29,953 nucleotides of DNA, taken from assembly GCA_963709395.1 (NCBI GenBank), contig CAVPWP010000018.1, positions 1 to 29,953 on the forward strand. Direction: 5' to 3'. The DNA is from an uncultured Alphaproteobacteria bacterium (lineage in GTDB: Bacteria; Pseudomonadota; Alphaproteobacteria; Rhodobacterales; Rhodobacteraceae). Positions 18,100 through 27,207 of the stretch are shown piece by piece (position 1 is the first letter of the stretch; each line of letters begins with the position of its first letter). The position numbers and the translations under genes are program-made. The notes beneath the pieces are model-generated. The model ran no database searches. It saw only the letters and a list, made by a program, of their open reading frames with translations, and was not told the origin of the DNA.

Positions 18100-19251
18100 A
18101 TGACCTTAACGGACACTGCCCCGGCCCAGCCGTCGGCCGGCGGAACCGAAGAGCACCGGTTCCCCTGCGAGACCTGCGGGTCGGACCTGAGGTTCGACCC
18201 GGCGGCCGGACAGCTTGTGTGCGACCACTGCGGCAATACCGAAGCGATCGTGGGTGGTGCGCGCACGACACACGCCCTGAAGGAACTCGACTTCCGCGCC
18301 GCTCTGGCCGACCTGCTGCCCCAGGCCGAGATGGAGGAAACCCGCGTCCTTTCCTGCCCCAACTGCGGTGCGCAGGTGGAATTCGACGGGGCGCTGCACG
18401 CGGCCGAATGCCCCTTTTGCGCCACACCGGTGGTCACCGACACGGGCGTTCACCGCCACATCAAACCGCGTGGCATTCTGCCGTTCGCAATGACCGAAAC
18501 CGAGGCGCGCGACGCTGTGGGCAAGTGGCTGGGCAACCTCTGGTTCGCGCCGGGCGGCTTGCAGCAATACGCCCGCAAGGGGCGGCGGATGAACGGGCTA
18601 TACCTGCCCTACTGGACCTTCGACGCGGATACCAAAAGCCGCTACCGCGGCCAGCGCGGGATCGTCTACCACGAAAGCCGGCAGGTCGTGGTGAATGGCA
18701 AGCGCACGACGCAGTCGGTCCGCAAGGTGCGCTGGTCCCCGGCCTCGGGCCGGGTCGCGCGGTTCTTCGACGATGTGCTTGTCGTTGCCTCGCACTCGCT
18801 TCCCGCCGGGTTCCGCAACGCGCTCGGGGCCTGGGACCTCTCGTCGCTCGAACCCTACCGCCCCGAGTTCCTGGCAGGGTTCCGCGCCGAAGGCTACGCC
18901 GTTCCGCTTGATGACGCCTTCGTCGAGGCCCGCGCGGTCATGGACCGGGTGATCGAGCGTGACGTGAAATTCGACATCGGCGGCGACGTCCAGCAGGTAC
19001 AGTCGATCGAGACCGACGTCAGCGGCGTGACCTTCAAGCACATCCTCCTGCCGATCTGGCTGGCCGCCTACAAGTACCGGGGCAAGACCTACCGGATCGC
19101 GGTGAACGGCCGCAGCGGGCAGGTCGCGGGCGAACGGCCCTATTCCGCGATCAAGATCGCGCTGGCGGTCATCGCCGGGGCGATCCTGGCGGGCGCGATC
19201 GGCTATTTCATTGCACTGGAAGAAGGCGTGATCGGTTCGTCGGGCTTCTGA
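18100..19251 (+). CDS. Double zinc-ribbon protein with a C-terminal TM anchor (conserved partner of PF13421 SPFH proteins; often mis-annotated as primosomal protein N'-like)
   Basis: CETCGSDL…CDHCG and CPNCGAQV…CPFCAT zinc ribbons, a central conserved domain and a C-terminal hydrophobic helix (IALAVIAGAILAGAIGYFIAL). AAGGAGA RBS. Confidence 0.65.
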   Translation: MTLTDTAPAQPSAGGTEEHRFPCETCGSDLRFDPAAGQLVCDHCGNTEAIVGGARTTHALKELDFRAALADLLPQAEMEETRVLSCPNCGAQVEFDGALHAAECPFCATPVVTDTGVHRHIKPRGILPFAMTETEARDAVGKWLGNLWFAPGGLQQYARKGRRMNGLYLPYWTFDADTKSRYRGQRGIVYHESRQVVVNGKRTTQSVRKVRWSPASGRVARFFDDVLVVASHSLPAGFRNALGAWDLSSLEPYRPEFLAGFRAEGYAVPLDDAFVEARAVMDRVIERDVKFDIGGDVQQVQSIETDVSGVTFKHILLPIWLAAYKYRGKTYRIAVNGRSGQVAGERPYSAIKIALAVIAGAILAGAIGYFIALEEGVIGSSGF

Positions 19252-19347
19252 CGGCCGAGCACGTCATCCGGGCCGACCGAGCTTCATCGCCTTGACATGT
19301 CTCGGCCACCCCATGCTACTCGGCACCGGACAAGAAAGGGACCGCAT

Positions 19348-20268
19348 ATGATCCTGTGCTGCGGCGAGGCGCTGATCGACATGCTGCCGCGCAAGACCGG
19401 CGCGGACGAGGACGCCTTTGCCCCCTATCCGGGCGGCGCGGTGTTCAATACCGCCATCGCGCTTGGCCGGCTGGGACGCGATGCGGGGTTCTTCAGCGGC
19501 CTTTCGACCGATCTCTTTGGTGTGATGCTGGCCGACGCTCTTGCCGCAAGCCAGGTGTCCGCCGACCTGTCGGTACGCAGCGACCGGCCGACGACGCTGG
19601 CCTTCGTCCGGCTGGTGAACGGGCAGGCCAGTTATGCCTTCTACGACGAGAACACCGCCGGGCGGATGCTGTCGCCGGACGACCTGCCCGAGCTTCCCGA
19701 TCGGGTGGGCGCGCTTTTCTTCGGTGGGATCAGCCTGGTCGTGGAACCCTGCGCGCGGGCCTACGAGGCGCTGATGCTGCGCGAAGCCCCCCGCCGGGTG
19801 ATGATGATCGACCCCAACATCCGCCCCGGCTTCATCCGGGACGAAGCCGCCTATCGCGCGCGTATCGACCGGATGCTCGCCGCCGCGGACATCGTCAAGC
19901 TGAGTGACGAGGATCTGGGTTGGCTTGAAGGGCCGGGCGGGACTGATGCCCATGTCGCGGCGCTGCTGCGGCGCGGTCCGAAGCTGGTCTGCATCACGCG
20001 CGGGGCCGACGGCGTCAGCGGATACACCGCCAACCGGCGCGTCGACGTGGCCGCGGCCCGGGCGCAGGTCGTCGATACGGTCGGCGCCGGCGATACCTTC
20101 AACGCAGGCCTTCTGGCCGCGCTCGATCAGGCGGGTGCGTTGACCAAGGACGGTGTGGCATCCCTCTCCGACGACACGCTGCGCGCCGCGCTGTCCCTTG
20201 GCGCGCGCGCGGCGGCGGTCACGGTAAGCCGGGCGGGCGCGAACCCGCCCTGGGCGCACGAGCTTTAG
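19348..20268 (+). CDS. PfkB-family carbohydrate kinase (fructokinase-like)
   Basis: MILCCGEALIDMLP… N-terminal sugar-binding motif and C-terminal DTVGAGDTFNAGLLAAL ATP motif. AAAGGGA RBS. Confidence 0.85.
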   Translation: MILCCGEALIDMLPRKTGADEDAFAPYPGGAVFNTAIALGRLGRDAGFFSGLSTDLFGVMLADALAASQVSADLSVRSDRPTTLAFVRLVNGQASYAFYDENTAGRMLSPDDLPELPDRVGALFFGGISLVVEPCARAYEALMLREAPRRVMMIDPNIRPGFIRDEAAYRARIDRMLAAADIVKLSDEDLGWLEGPGGTDAHVAALLRRGPKLVCITRGADGVSGYTANRRVDVAAARAQVVDTVGAGDTFNAGLLAALDQAGALTKDGVASLSDDTLRAALSLGARAAAVTVSRAGANPPWAHEL

Positions 20269-20271
20269 CCC

Positions 20272-20730
20272 GTGCGCGCCGTCGTCCAGCGCGTGACCCG
20301 CGCCGAAGTTGAAATCGGCGGCGAGACGGTCGGCAGGATCGGGCGCGGCTTCATGGTCCTGGTCTGCGCGATGCGCGGAGACACGGAAGCCGAGGCGGAT
20401 CTGATGGCGGCGAAGATCGCCAAGCTGCGCGTCTTTCGCGACGCCGACGGGCGCATGAATCTGGCCATCGGCGACGTGGGCGGGGCGGTCCTTGCGATCA
20501 GCCAGTTCACGCTGGCCGCCGACACCTCGCGCGGGAACCGCCCAGGCTTCTCCACGGCAGCCGACCCCGATATCGGGACACGGCTTTACGACCATTTCTG
20601 CGATGCGCTGCGGGCGCAGGGCCTGACGGTCGAGACCGGGCGCTTCGGGGCCGAAATGGCGGTGAGCCTCGTCAATGACGGGCCGGTCACGATCACGCTC
20701 GACACCGAGACCTGGCGCAAGGGCGGCTGA
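20272..20730 (+). CDS. dtd: D-aminoacyl-tRNA deacylase (GTG start)
   Basis: MRAVVQRV…[23 protein letters not shown]… 152 aa, typical Dtd. Confidence 0.9.
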   Translation: MRAVVQRVTRAEVEIGGETVGRIGRGFMVLVCAMRGDTEAEADLMAAKIAKLRVFRDADGRMNLAIGDVGGAVLAISQFTLAADTSRGNRPGFSTAADPDIGTRLYDHFCDALRAQGLTVETGRFGAEMAVSLVNDGPVTITLDTETWRKGG

Positions 20731-20784
20731 GGCGCGACAAGCCGCACGCCTCGCGATAGAGTCGCCGCTGGGGAGGGCCGCCAA

Positions 20785-22095
20785 ATGCTCATGGCCGAAA
20801 TCATCCGAAAGAAGCGCGACGGCGGAACGCTGAGCGAGGCCGAGCTTGGCTTCGTCGCCGACGGCATCACCCGGGATACCGCCAGCGAAGGCCAGATCGC
20901 CGCCTTCGCGATGGCCGTGTTCTTTCAGGGCATGGCGCGCGACGAAGCCGCCGCCTTCACCCGCGCGCTCCGGGATTCGGGCGATGTGCTGGACTGGTCG
21001 GATCTTCCCGGGCCGGTGACCGACAAGCACTCGACCGGCGGGGTGGGCGACAATGTCTCGCTCATGCTTGCCCCCATCGTCGCGGCCTGCGGGGCCTATG
21101 TGCCGATGATCTCGGGCCGGGGGCTGGGCCATACGGGTGGCACACTCGACAAGATGGACGCGATCCCGGGCTATGCCTCGCAGCCCGACACGGCCCTGTT
21201 CCGGCGTACGGTCGAACGGACGGGCTGCGCGATCATCGGGCAGACGGCGGCACTGGCCCCGGCCGACAAGCGGCTTTACGGCATCCGCGACGTGACGGCG
21301 ACGGTGGAATCGGTGCCGCTGATCACGGCGTCGATCCTGTCGAAGAAGCTGGCCGCGGGGCTGCAATCGCTCGTCCTCGACGTGAAATGCGGCAATGGCG
21401 CCTTCATGGATGCGCCCGAAACGGCGCGGGAGCTGGCCGAAAGCCTGACCGGCGTGGCGCAGGCGGCGGGCCTTCCGTGCCACGCGCTCATCACCGATAT
21501 GAACCAGCCGCTGGCAACTGCGGCTGGCAATGCCGTCGAGGTGGCGAACGCGGTGGCCTTCCTGACCGGCGAGGCGCGTGACGACCGGCTTGAGGCGGTG
21601 ACGCTGGCGCTTGCGGGTGAGATGCTCCGGCTGGCAGGGATCGCCGCGACCGACGAGGACGGGCTGGCGCGTGCCCGGGACGCACTGGGGTCGGGCAAGG
21701 CCGCCGAGGTGTTCGGCCGGATGGTGACAGAACTGGGCGGGCCTTCGGACTTCGTGACGCGCTACCGCGATCACTTGCCGGTGGCACCGATCGTCCGCCC
21801 GCTTGTGGCCGAACGGTCGGGCTACGTCGCCGGGATCGCCACGCGGGATATCGGCCTTGCCGTTGTCGAACTGGGTGGCGGGCGTCGCAAGGCGTCGGAC
21901 ACGGTCGATCCGCGCGTGGGCGTCACCGGGCTTTTGCCCCTTGGCGCCGAGGCCGGACCGGATCAGCCGCTTGCGATGATCCATGCCGCCGACGAAGAGA
22001 GTGCGGCGCGCGCGGCGGCCCTGCTGGGCGCGGCCTTCACGGTGTCGGATATCGCGCCGGCCCCGGCGCCGGTCATCCTCGAGCGGATCGGCTGA
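20785..22095 (+). CDS. deoA: Thymidine phosphorylase
   Basis: 436 aa, GGGGAGGG RBS; the family call rests on overall similarity to pyrimidine-nucleoside phosphorylases (the ORF includes …DKHSTGGVGDNVSLMLAPIVAACG…MISGRGLGHTGGTLDK…). Confidence 0.95.
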   Translation: MLMAEIIRKKRDGGTLSEAELGFVADGITRDTASEGQIAAFAMAVFFQGMARDEAAAFTRALRDSGDVLDWSDLPGPVTDKHSTGGVGDNVSLMLAPIVAACGAYVPMISGRGLGHTGGTLDKMDAIPGYASQPDTALFRRTVERTGCAIIGQTAALAPADKRLYGIRDVTATVESVPLITASILSKKLAAGLQSLVLDVKCGNGAFMDAPETARELAESLTGVAQAAGLPCHALITDMNQPLATAAGNAVEVANAVAFLTGEARDDRLEAVTLALAGEMLRLAGIAATDEDGLARARDALGSGKAAEVFGRMVTELGGPSDFVTRYRDHLPVAPIVRPLVAERSGYVAGIATRDIGLAVVELGGGRRKASDTVDPRVGVTGLLPLGAEAGPDQPLAMIHAADEESAARAAALLGAAFTVSDIAPAPAPVILERIG

Positions 22096-22963
22096 CCGGG
22101 CGTCTCAGCATGTCCTTCGACGCAAGAAGCGCGCCGGCGGTGATCAGCATGCAGGCGGCGGCAATGGTCCATGTCGCGGAGCTGACCCCGGCCGCGATGA
22201 GGATGAGCGTCGACAAGAGCGGTGCGGCATAGCTGGCGGCCCCGAGCACCTGGATGTCTCCCAGCTTGACCCCGCGGTCCCACAGAAAGAAGGCAAGGCC
22301 CAGCGGGCCAAGTCCAAGCCCGAGGATCGCCAGCCATTCGGTCGCCGAGGCGGGCGTCACCCACGCTTCGAGCCAGAGGTGACACAGTGCCGACAGAACG
22401 GCGGCGGCCAGGCAGAACCCCGTGACCACGTCCGTGGGCACCCCGGCAAAGCGGCGCGACAGCACCGAATAGCTTGACCAGACAAGGGCCGCGGCCAGAG
22501 CAAGGCCATACCCCGCCGCGTGTGCGGGATCGAGCGCAAGCCCCCTGCCCCCGGTGACGATCAGTGCCGCCCCCGAAAAGCCAAGCAGCGCCCCGGCGAC
22601 ATGGAACCAGCGCAGACGCTCGCCGGGCAGGAGCGTCGAGAACACCACGATCAGCAGAGGCCAGAGATAGGCGATCAGGCTGGCCTCGACCGGCGGGGCG
22701 GCGCGCAGCGCCGAGAAATAGAGGAAGTGATAGCCGAAAAGCCCCCCGACCCCCAGCGCCCAGACCGGCCAGGGCTGGCGAAAGCTGCGCATCGCACCCG
22801 GTCGGCGGACCGCCATGGCAAGACCGACGCCCGCCCCCACCGCAAAGCTCATCGCGGCCAGCTGAAACGGCGGCACGCTGCCGCTGAGACTTGTCAGAAG
22901 CGCCAGCAGCGCCCAGAGCAGCACCGCTCCGAACCCCGCAAGCGTGGCCGCGCCCCGCGTCAT
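22073..22963 (-). CDS. DMT superfamily (EamA-like) transporter, 10 TM. The start overlaps the exbD stop (ATGA). The 3' end overlaps the convergent deoA by 23 nt.
   Basis: 296 aa with two EamA-type repeats (…LIAYLWPLLIVVFSTLLPGERL…, …SYAAPLLSTLILIAAG…). Confidence 0.75.
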   Translation of the reverse strand: MTRGAATLAGFGAVLLWALLALLTSLSGSVPPFQLAAMSFAVGAGVGLAMAVRRPGAMRSFRQPWPVWALGVGGLFGYHFLYFSALRAAPPVEASLIAYLWPLLIVVFSTLLPGERLRWFHVAGALLGFSGAALIVTGGRGLALDPAHAAGYGLALAAALVWSSYSVLSRRFAGVPTDVVTGFCLAAAVLSALCHLWLEAWVTPASATEWLAILGLGLGPLGLAFFLWDRGVKLGDIQVLGAASYAAPLLSTLILIAAGVSSATWTIAAACMLITAGALLASKDMLRRPVSRSARG

Positions 22964-23346
22964 GGCGTGGCGGCGCGGGTGGCGAGGCGGATATCGGTCA
23001 CGCCCGCCTCGGCAAGCCTGCGCAGCAGCACAGCGACCTCACGCGCGGGCACGGCCCCATCGGCGCGCAGCTCAAGCGGCCTGTCGCCGCGCGCGGAAAG
23101 GGCCGTCATCGCCGCCTCGCCGCGCAGATCGCGCCACGCGATCTCACCCGTGGCGGAGACGTAGAGGGTATCGTCGGCCTCGGCCCTGCCGGACGCCTGT
23201 CCGGTTTCGGGCGGGCGCACCTCGAAGGGCGGCGCGGGGGCGAGTTCGGACGAGATCATGAAGAAGATCAGCAGCAGGAAGACCACATTGATCATCGGCA
23301 CGACGCTTTCCTGCCGCGCGCGTGTTCGGGGGGCCGGAAAGCGCAT
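22960..23346 (-). CDS. exbD: ExbD/TolR family biopolymer transport protein (second copy)
   Basis: MRFPAPRTRARQESVVPMINVVFLLLIFFMISS… N-terminal TM typical of ExbD/TolR, followed by a periplasmic domain. Confidence 0.8.
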   Translation of the reverse strand: MRFPAPRTRARQESVVPMINVVFLLLIFFMISSELAPAPPFEVRPPETGQASGRAEADDTLYVSATGEIAWRDLRGEAAMTALSARGDRPLELRADGAVPAREVAVLLRRLAEAGVTDIRLATRAATP

Positions 23347-23351
23347 CGGCC

Positions 23352-23727
23352 CTACTCCACCACCACCAGCCGGGTGAAGCCGGCCGCTGCGCAGCCCCTC
23401 GATCACGTCGACAAGGCGCTGGAGATCGACGCCCTCGGCCGCGCGCAGGACCACGGCGTCGTCAGGTGTTTCGGTCAAGGCGCCCAGTTCCGCCGCCAGC
23501 GCGGCCGCGTCCATCGGCACACCGTTCAGGCTGATCCCCTCCGCGGCCACGACCACCAGACGGGGCGGGCCGTCGTAGGCCCCTGCCCCCGGCTGCGACA
23601 GCGGCACAGACCCCGTGATGCCGAACCGGGCGGCCAGCATGAAGAACACCAGCAGAAGGAACACCACGTCGATCATCGGTGTGAGACTTGGCCGGCGGCG
23701 CGGACGCGGGGCGGCGAAGGCGAACAT
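23352..23727 (-). CDS. exbD: ExbD/TolR family protein (first copy), frameshifted about 12 codons before its end (near 23360-23370). The corrected C-terminus …VDVIEGLRAAGFTRLVVVE* stops at 23352-23354.
   Basis: MFAFAAPRPRRRPSLTPMIDVVFLLLVFFMLAAR… In the listed frame the ORF reads through into the next exbD. Shifting the frame restores the canonical ExbD C-terminus and a stop 5 nt before the next start. The start overlaps the exbB stop (TGATG). Confidence 0.75.
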
Positions 23728-24356
23728 CAGAGGCGCCCTCGGGAGGTGAAGACACGCGTGGCCGCGTCCTCCATCCGGGCCTGAAGCCGTTCGATCACGC
23801 TGTCGAACCACGTCAGCGCGACCGAAGCGGGAATGGCGACGGCCATGCCGGCCGCGGTGGTCAGAAGCGCCTCCCAGATCCCGCCGGCAAGGGCCGCGGC
23901 GTCGGCAGCGGAACCGGCGGTTTGCAGGGCCTGAAAGGCGTCGATCATGCCCAGGACCGTCCCGAGCAGCCCCAGAAGCGGCGCCACCGTGACCGTCAGG
24001 TCGAGGATGCGCAAGCCCCGACTCGCGCATCGGGCAAGATGGCCGCGGGCCACGCGCTCGGTCTCTTCGCGCGCCTGCGCTTCGGTCATCGCGGGGTCGC
24101 TGCGGGTGCGGATCGCGGTGGCCACGACCTGCCCCAGCGGATCGGAAAGCCCGCGCGCGGCGGCGTCAGCCTCGGTCGTCCGCCCGGCAACCCAATGGGC
24201 CACCGCGCCATCGGCGGCAGCCGACCAGATGCCCCCGGCCCCGAACCGCCAGAGTTTCCAGAGCGTGACGGCCAACGCGAGCACGGACAGCGCCGCGATC
24301 GCCCAAAGCGCGGCACCGCCCCGGTCAAGCACATCGAAGAGCGCGGCGAAGGTCAT
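23727..24356 (-). CDS. exbB: MotA/TolQ/ExbB proton-channel family protein
   Basis: 209 aa, 3 TM, signature …LLGLLGTVLGMIDAFQAL… AGGGGCGAG RBS. Confidence 0.85.
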   Translation of the reverse strand: MTFAALFDVLDRGGAALWAIAALSVLALAVTLWKLWRFGAGGIWSAAADGAVAHWVAGRTTEADAAARGLSDPLGQVVATAIRTRSDPAMTEAQAREETERVARGHLARCASRGLRILDLTVTVAPLLGLLGTVLGMIDAFQALQTAGSAADAAALAGGIWEALLTTAAGMAVAIPASVALTWFDSVIERLQARMEDAATRVFTSRGRL

Positions 24357-24409
24357 GGCTCGCCCCTAGACGATGCCGCGGCGATGGGCAATGTCCGCCA
24401 TGGCCACGC

Positions 24410-25078
24410 TCATGCCGGGACGCGCGCGGCCATGTTGCGGTTGTGCGCCTCGATCGCTTCCTCGACATCCTCGAAGTACACGAGCCTGCCCGCATCGAGC
24501 ACCGCACCCGACGTGCAGATCTGCCGAAGAAGCCCCACCGAATGCGACACCACGATGGCCGAGCTTTCCTCCAGCCGGGCGCGCAGGATCTGTTCGCTGC
24601 GAACCCGGAAGGCCGCGTCGCCCACGCTGGTGACCTCGTCGATCAGGTAGGTGTCGAAGCGGATCCCCATCGAGACCCCGAACGCGAGCCGCGCCCGCAT
24701 GCCCGCCGAATAGGTTCGGAACGGTTGATGGAAATGGTGGCCGAGCTCGGCGAACCCGGCGACGAAAGCCTGAAGCGCATCGGTGTCGACGCCGTAGATC
24801 CGCGCAACGAACCGGACGTTCTGCGCCCCGGTCAGGTCTGGATGGAAGCTGCCCGCGAAGCCCACGTTCCACGAGATCGTGCCATCCGAGATCACCTCGC
24901 CCGAGGTGGGCCGCATCACACCGGAAATGATCTTGAGAAGGCTTGATTTTCCGGCCCCGTTCCGACCCATCAAGGCGACCGAGCTTCCGGTCGGGAACGT
25001 CACAGTGATGTCCCTGGCGATTTCCGTCGGCACACCGTTGACCATGTAGGTCTTGGAAAGGTTCTGCAGCCGGATCAC
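24410..25078 (-). CDS. kpsT: Capsule polysaccharide export ABC transporter ATP-binding protein (GTG start)
   Basis: Walker A GRNGAGKSS, signature YSAGMRARLAFG, Walker B TYLIDEV. 222 aa, typical KpsT size. Confidence 0.9.
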   Translation of the reverse strand: MIRLQNLSKTYMVNGVPTEIARDITVTFPTGSSVALMGRNGAGKSSLLKIISGVMRPTSGEVISDGTISWNVGFAGSFHPDLTGAQNVRFVARIYGVDTDALQAFVAGFAELGHHFHQPFRTYSAGMRARLAFGVSMGIRFDTYLIDEVTSVGDAAFRVRSEQILRARLEESSAIVVSHSVGLLRQICTSGAVLDAGRLVYFEDVEEAIEAHNRNMAARVPA

Positions 25079-25091
25079 CGCCGCCAGCCCC

Positions 25092-26351
25092 CTAGCGACG
25101 GTCGCGCAGGCTGTAGAAGATCAGGACCGCGATCGCCCAGCCCGTGACCAGGAAAAGCGCCACCAGCCCGACAAGCGTCAGCCGTTGCGGAAACTGCGAG
25201 GTCTCGGCGAGCGTCGGGCGAATGTAGGGGGCTAGATACCGGCTTTGCCGCCGCGCCTCGGCCAGGGCGGCGTCATAGGCCGCAAGCGCCGCCACATAGG
25301 CCTGCTCGGCGAACTCGCGGTCGACCAGAAGCCGCTCGAACTCGGAGATCAGCGTGGCGTAATCCTCGCCGTCGCCGGTGACGGCGCCGCCGACACCCAG
25401 CTTGCGACGTTCCTCCGCGATGCGGTTCTCGATCACACTGATGCGGGCCTCGGCCTGGGCGATGCGGGGATCGCTTTCCACGGTACTGCCGCGCAGGAGG
25501 TCGATCTGGATATAGCTCTCGGCCAGCTGGGCCTGCAGCGTGTTCACCAGCCCCATCTGCCCGGCGATGTCGGCGGTGGGATCGACGATCTGGGTGCGCG
25601 ACCGGAACTCGGTCAGCCGCTCGCGCGCGACCTTCAGCCGTTCGATCGCGCGGTCGAGTTCTTCCCGAGCAAATCGCGTGGCATCGTCCGCGCGCGATGG
25701 CCGACAGCTCGTTCACCAGGATCGAGCTTTCCTCGAGGATCGGCGGTCGCGATGGTCCTGGGCGTCCTCTGGATCGAACGCAAGCATCCGCAATTCGATC
25801 AGACCGGTCGAGCTGTCATAGGCGATGCGGGTCATGCGCGACCAATGCGTCACAAGATCCTCGATCGATCCGTCCGGATCGAAGGCGAAGACCGGGTCGC
25901 CCTCGGCGCGTGCGTAGAGCCCGCGCAGGTCGAGCCGGCGGTCCAGCGCCTCGACCAGTTCCTGGCTCTGGATGAACTCGTAGAGGATATCGGTGTCGGT
26001 GCTGCTCCCGCCCGAAAGCTGCGCCACGCCGCCCAGAAGCTCGATCCCCGAGGAGACCTCCTCGGTCCGCACGGCGAAGGCGACGGTCGACGCATACTGG
26101 TCCCGCGCGACGGCATAGAGATATCCGGCGGCAAGAAGAACCGGCAGAACCACGACCAAGAGGAAGCTCCCCGCGATCCAGCGGTGCCGCGTGCGAATGC
26201 GCGCCGATCCGCTTGGCGCCGGCACGACGCTGAGGACCGTTGCATCGGCAGAGGGTTGTGTCCCCGGCCGCGTTTGGGATTTACTCGCCTGCGTCAAGGT
26301 CTTGCGCCTTTCGCGCCATCGGTCGTTCGGTGCGCCTGATTCTAGCCGCAT
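25092..26351 (-). pseudogene. kpsE: Capsule polysaccharide export inner-membrane protein KpsE (polysaccharide co-polymerase family). N- and C-terminal parts share one frame. An approximately 55-nt stretch (25688-25745) is out of frame and carries an in-frame TGA (25713-25715); the frame is restored after it.
   Basis: N-terminal ORF 25713..26351 (TM helix plus periplasmic domain) and C-terminal ORF 25092..25556 (…C-terminal TM LTLVGLVALFLVTGWAIAVLIFYSL) together make a full KpsE. Between them the expected sequence ILEESSILVNELSAIAR is encoded in another frame. Two opposite indels about 50 nt apart are needed. Confidence 0.75.
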
Positions 26352-26451
26352 GAGGTGCCCGTGAAAACAGGGTTCTCGTCATCGCCTCCCGCAACCGGCG
26401 ACTTTCCTGCGGCCGGCGCGACGATTCGCCTCGCTCAGGACGATCGTTGCG

Positions 26452-27180
26452 ATGATGCTGCGCGAGATGGTCACGACCTATGGCCGGTCGCCCGGTGGCT
26501 ATCTCTGGGCGATCCTCGAACCCGTGGCCGCGATCGCGCTGCTGTCGATCGCGTTCTCGCTCGCCTTCGCGCAACCGTCGCTTGGGAGCAGCTTTCCGCT
26601 GTTCTACGCCACGGCCTACCTGCCCTACATGCTGTTCCACGACGTGGGCAACAAGGTCGCGACCTCGCTGACATTCTCGAAGCCTCTGATGGCCTATCCG
26701 GCGGTGACCTATGTCGATGCGATGCTCGCGCGGTTCCTGCTGAACTTCATGACCCATGTCATGGTCTTCGCGATCGTGATGACGACGCTCATCGCGACCT
26801 TGAGGACGCAGGCTGTCGTCGATCTGCCGACGATGCTGAACGCGCTGGCGATGGCGGCAGCACTGGGGCTGGGGATCGGAACGCTGAACTGCTACCTGAT
26901 GCTGGCCTTTCCTGCGTGGGAGCGGATCTGGCAGATCCTCACCCGGCCGCTCTTCATCCTGTCGGGGGTGTTCTTCCTGTACGAGGACGTGCCGACCGAA
27001 TTCCAGACTATGCTCTGGTTCAATCCACTCTATCATGTCACCGGAGCGATGCGGGAGGCCTTCTATGCCACCTATGACGCCACCTATGTCAGCCCGGCCT
27101 ATGTCTACGGCATCGCGGCGGTCACCTTCGCGGTCGGCCTCATGGCGCTGCGCAACAGCCACAGCGAACTTCTGCTCTAG
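26452..27180 (+). CDS. kpsM: Capsule polysaccharide export ABC-2 permease. Conserved sequence continues about 25 codons upstream of ATG 26452 with no in-frame start codon, so the true N-terminus is unresolved.
   Basis: ABC-2 family, 6 TM, …GYLWAILEPVAAIALLSIAF… Divergent from kpsE (about 100-bp shared promoter region 26352-26451). Confidence 0.8.
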   Translation: MMLREMVTTYGRSPGGYLWAILEPVAAIALLSIAFSLAFAQPSLGSSFPLFYATAYLPYMLFHDVGNKVATSLTFSKPLMAYPAVTYVDAMLARFLLNFMTHVMVFAIVMTTLIATLRTQAVVDLPTMLNALAMAAALGLGIGTLNCYLMLAFPAWERIWQILTRPLFILSGVFFLYEDVPTEFQTMLWFNPLYHVTGAMREAFYATYDATYVSPAYVYGIAAVTFAVGLMALRNSHSELLL

Positions 27181-27207
27181 GGTCGGGCGGGCAGCGGGGG
27201 AGGCGGA

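Noticed and set aside
19264-21984. 906-aa ORF on the minus strand, the largest in the track
   Set aside because: Antisense to pfkB, dtd and deoA. Arg/Gly/Pro-rich low-complexity translation. No homology and wrong codon-position GC pattern. A typical high-GC shadow ORF.
22520-23784. Plus-strand ORFs 22520..23164, 22891..23784 and others over the DMT/exbD genes
   Set aside because: Shadow ORFs opposite genes that carry clear transporter and ExbD homology.
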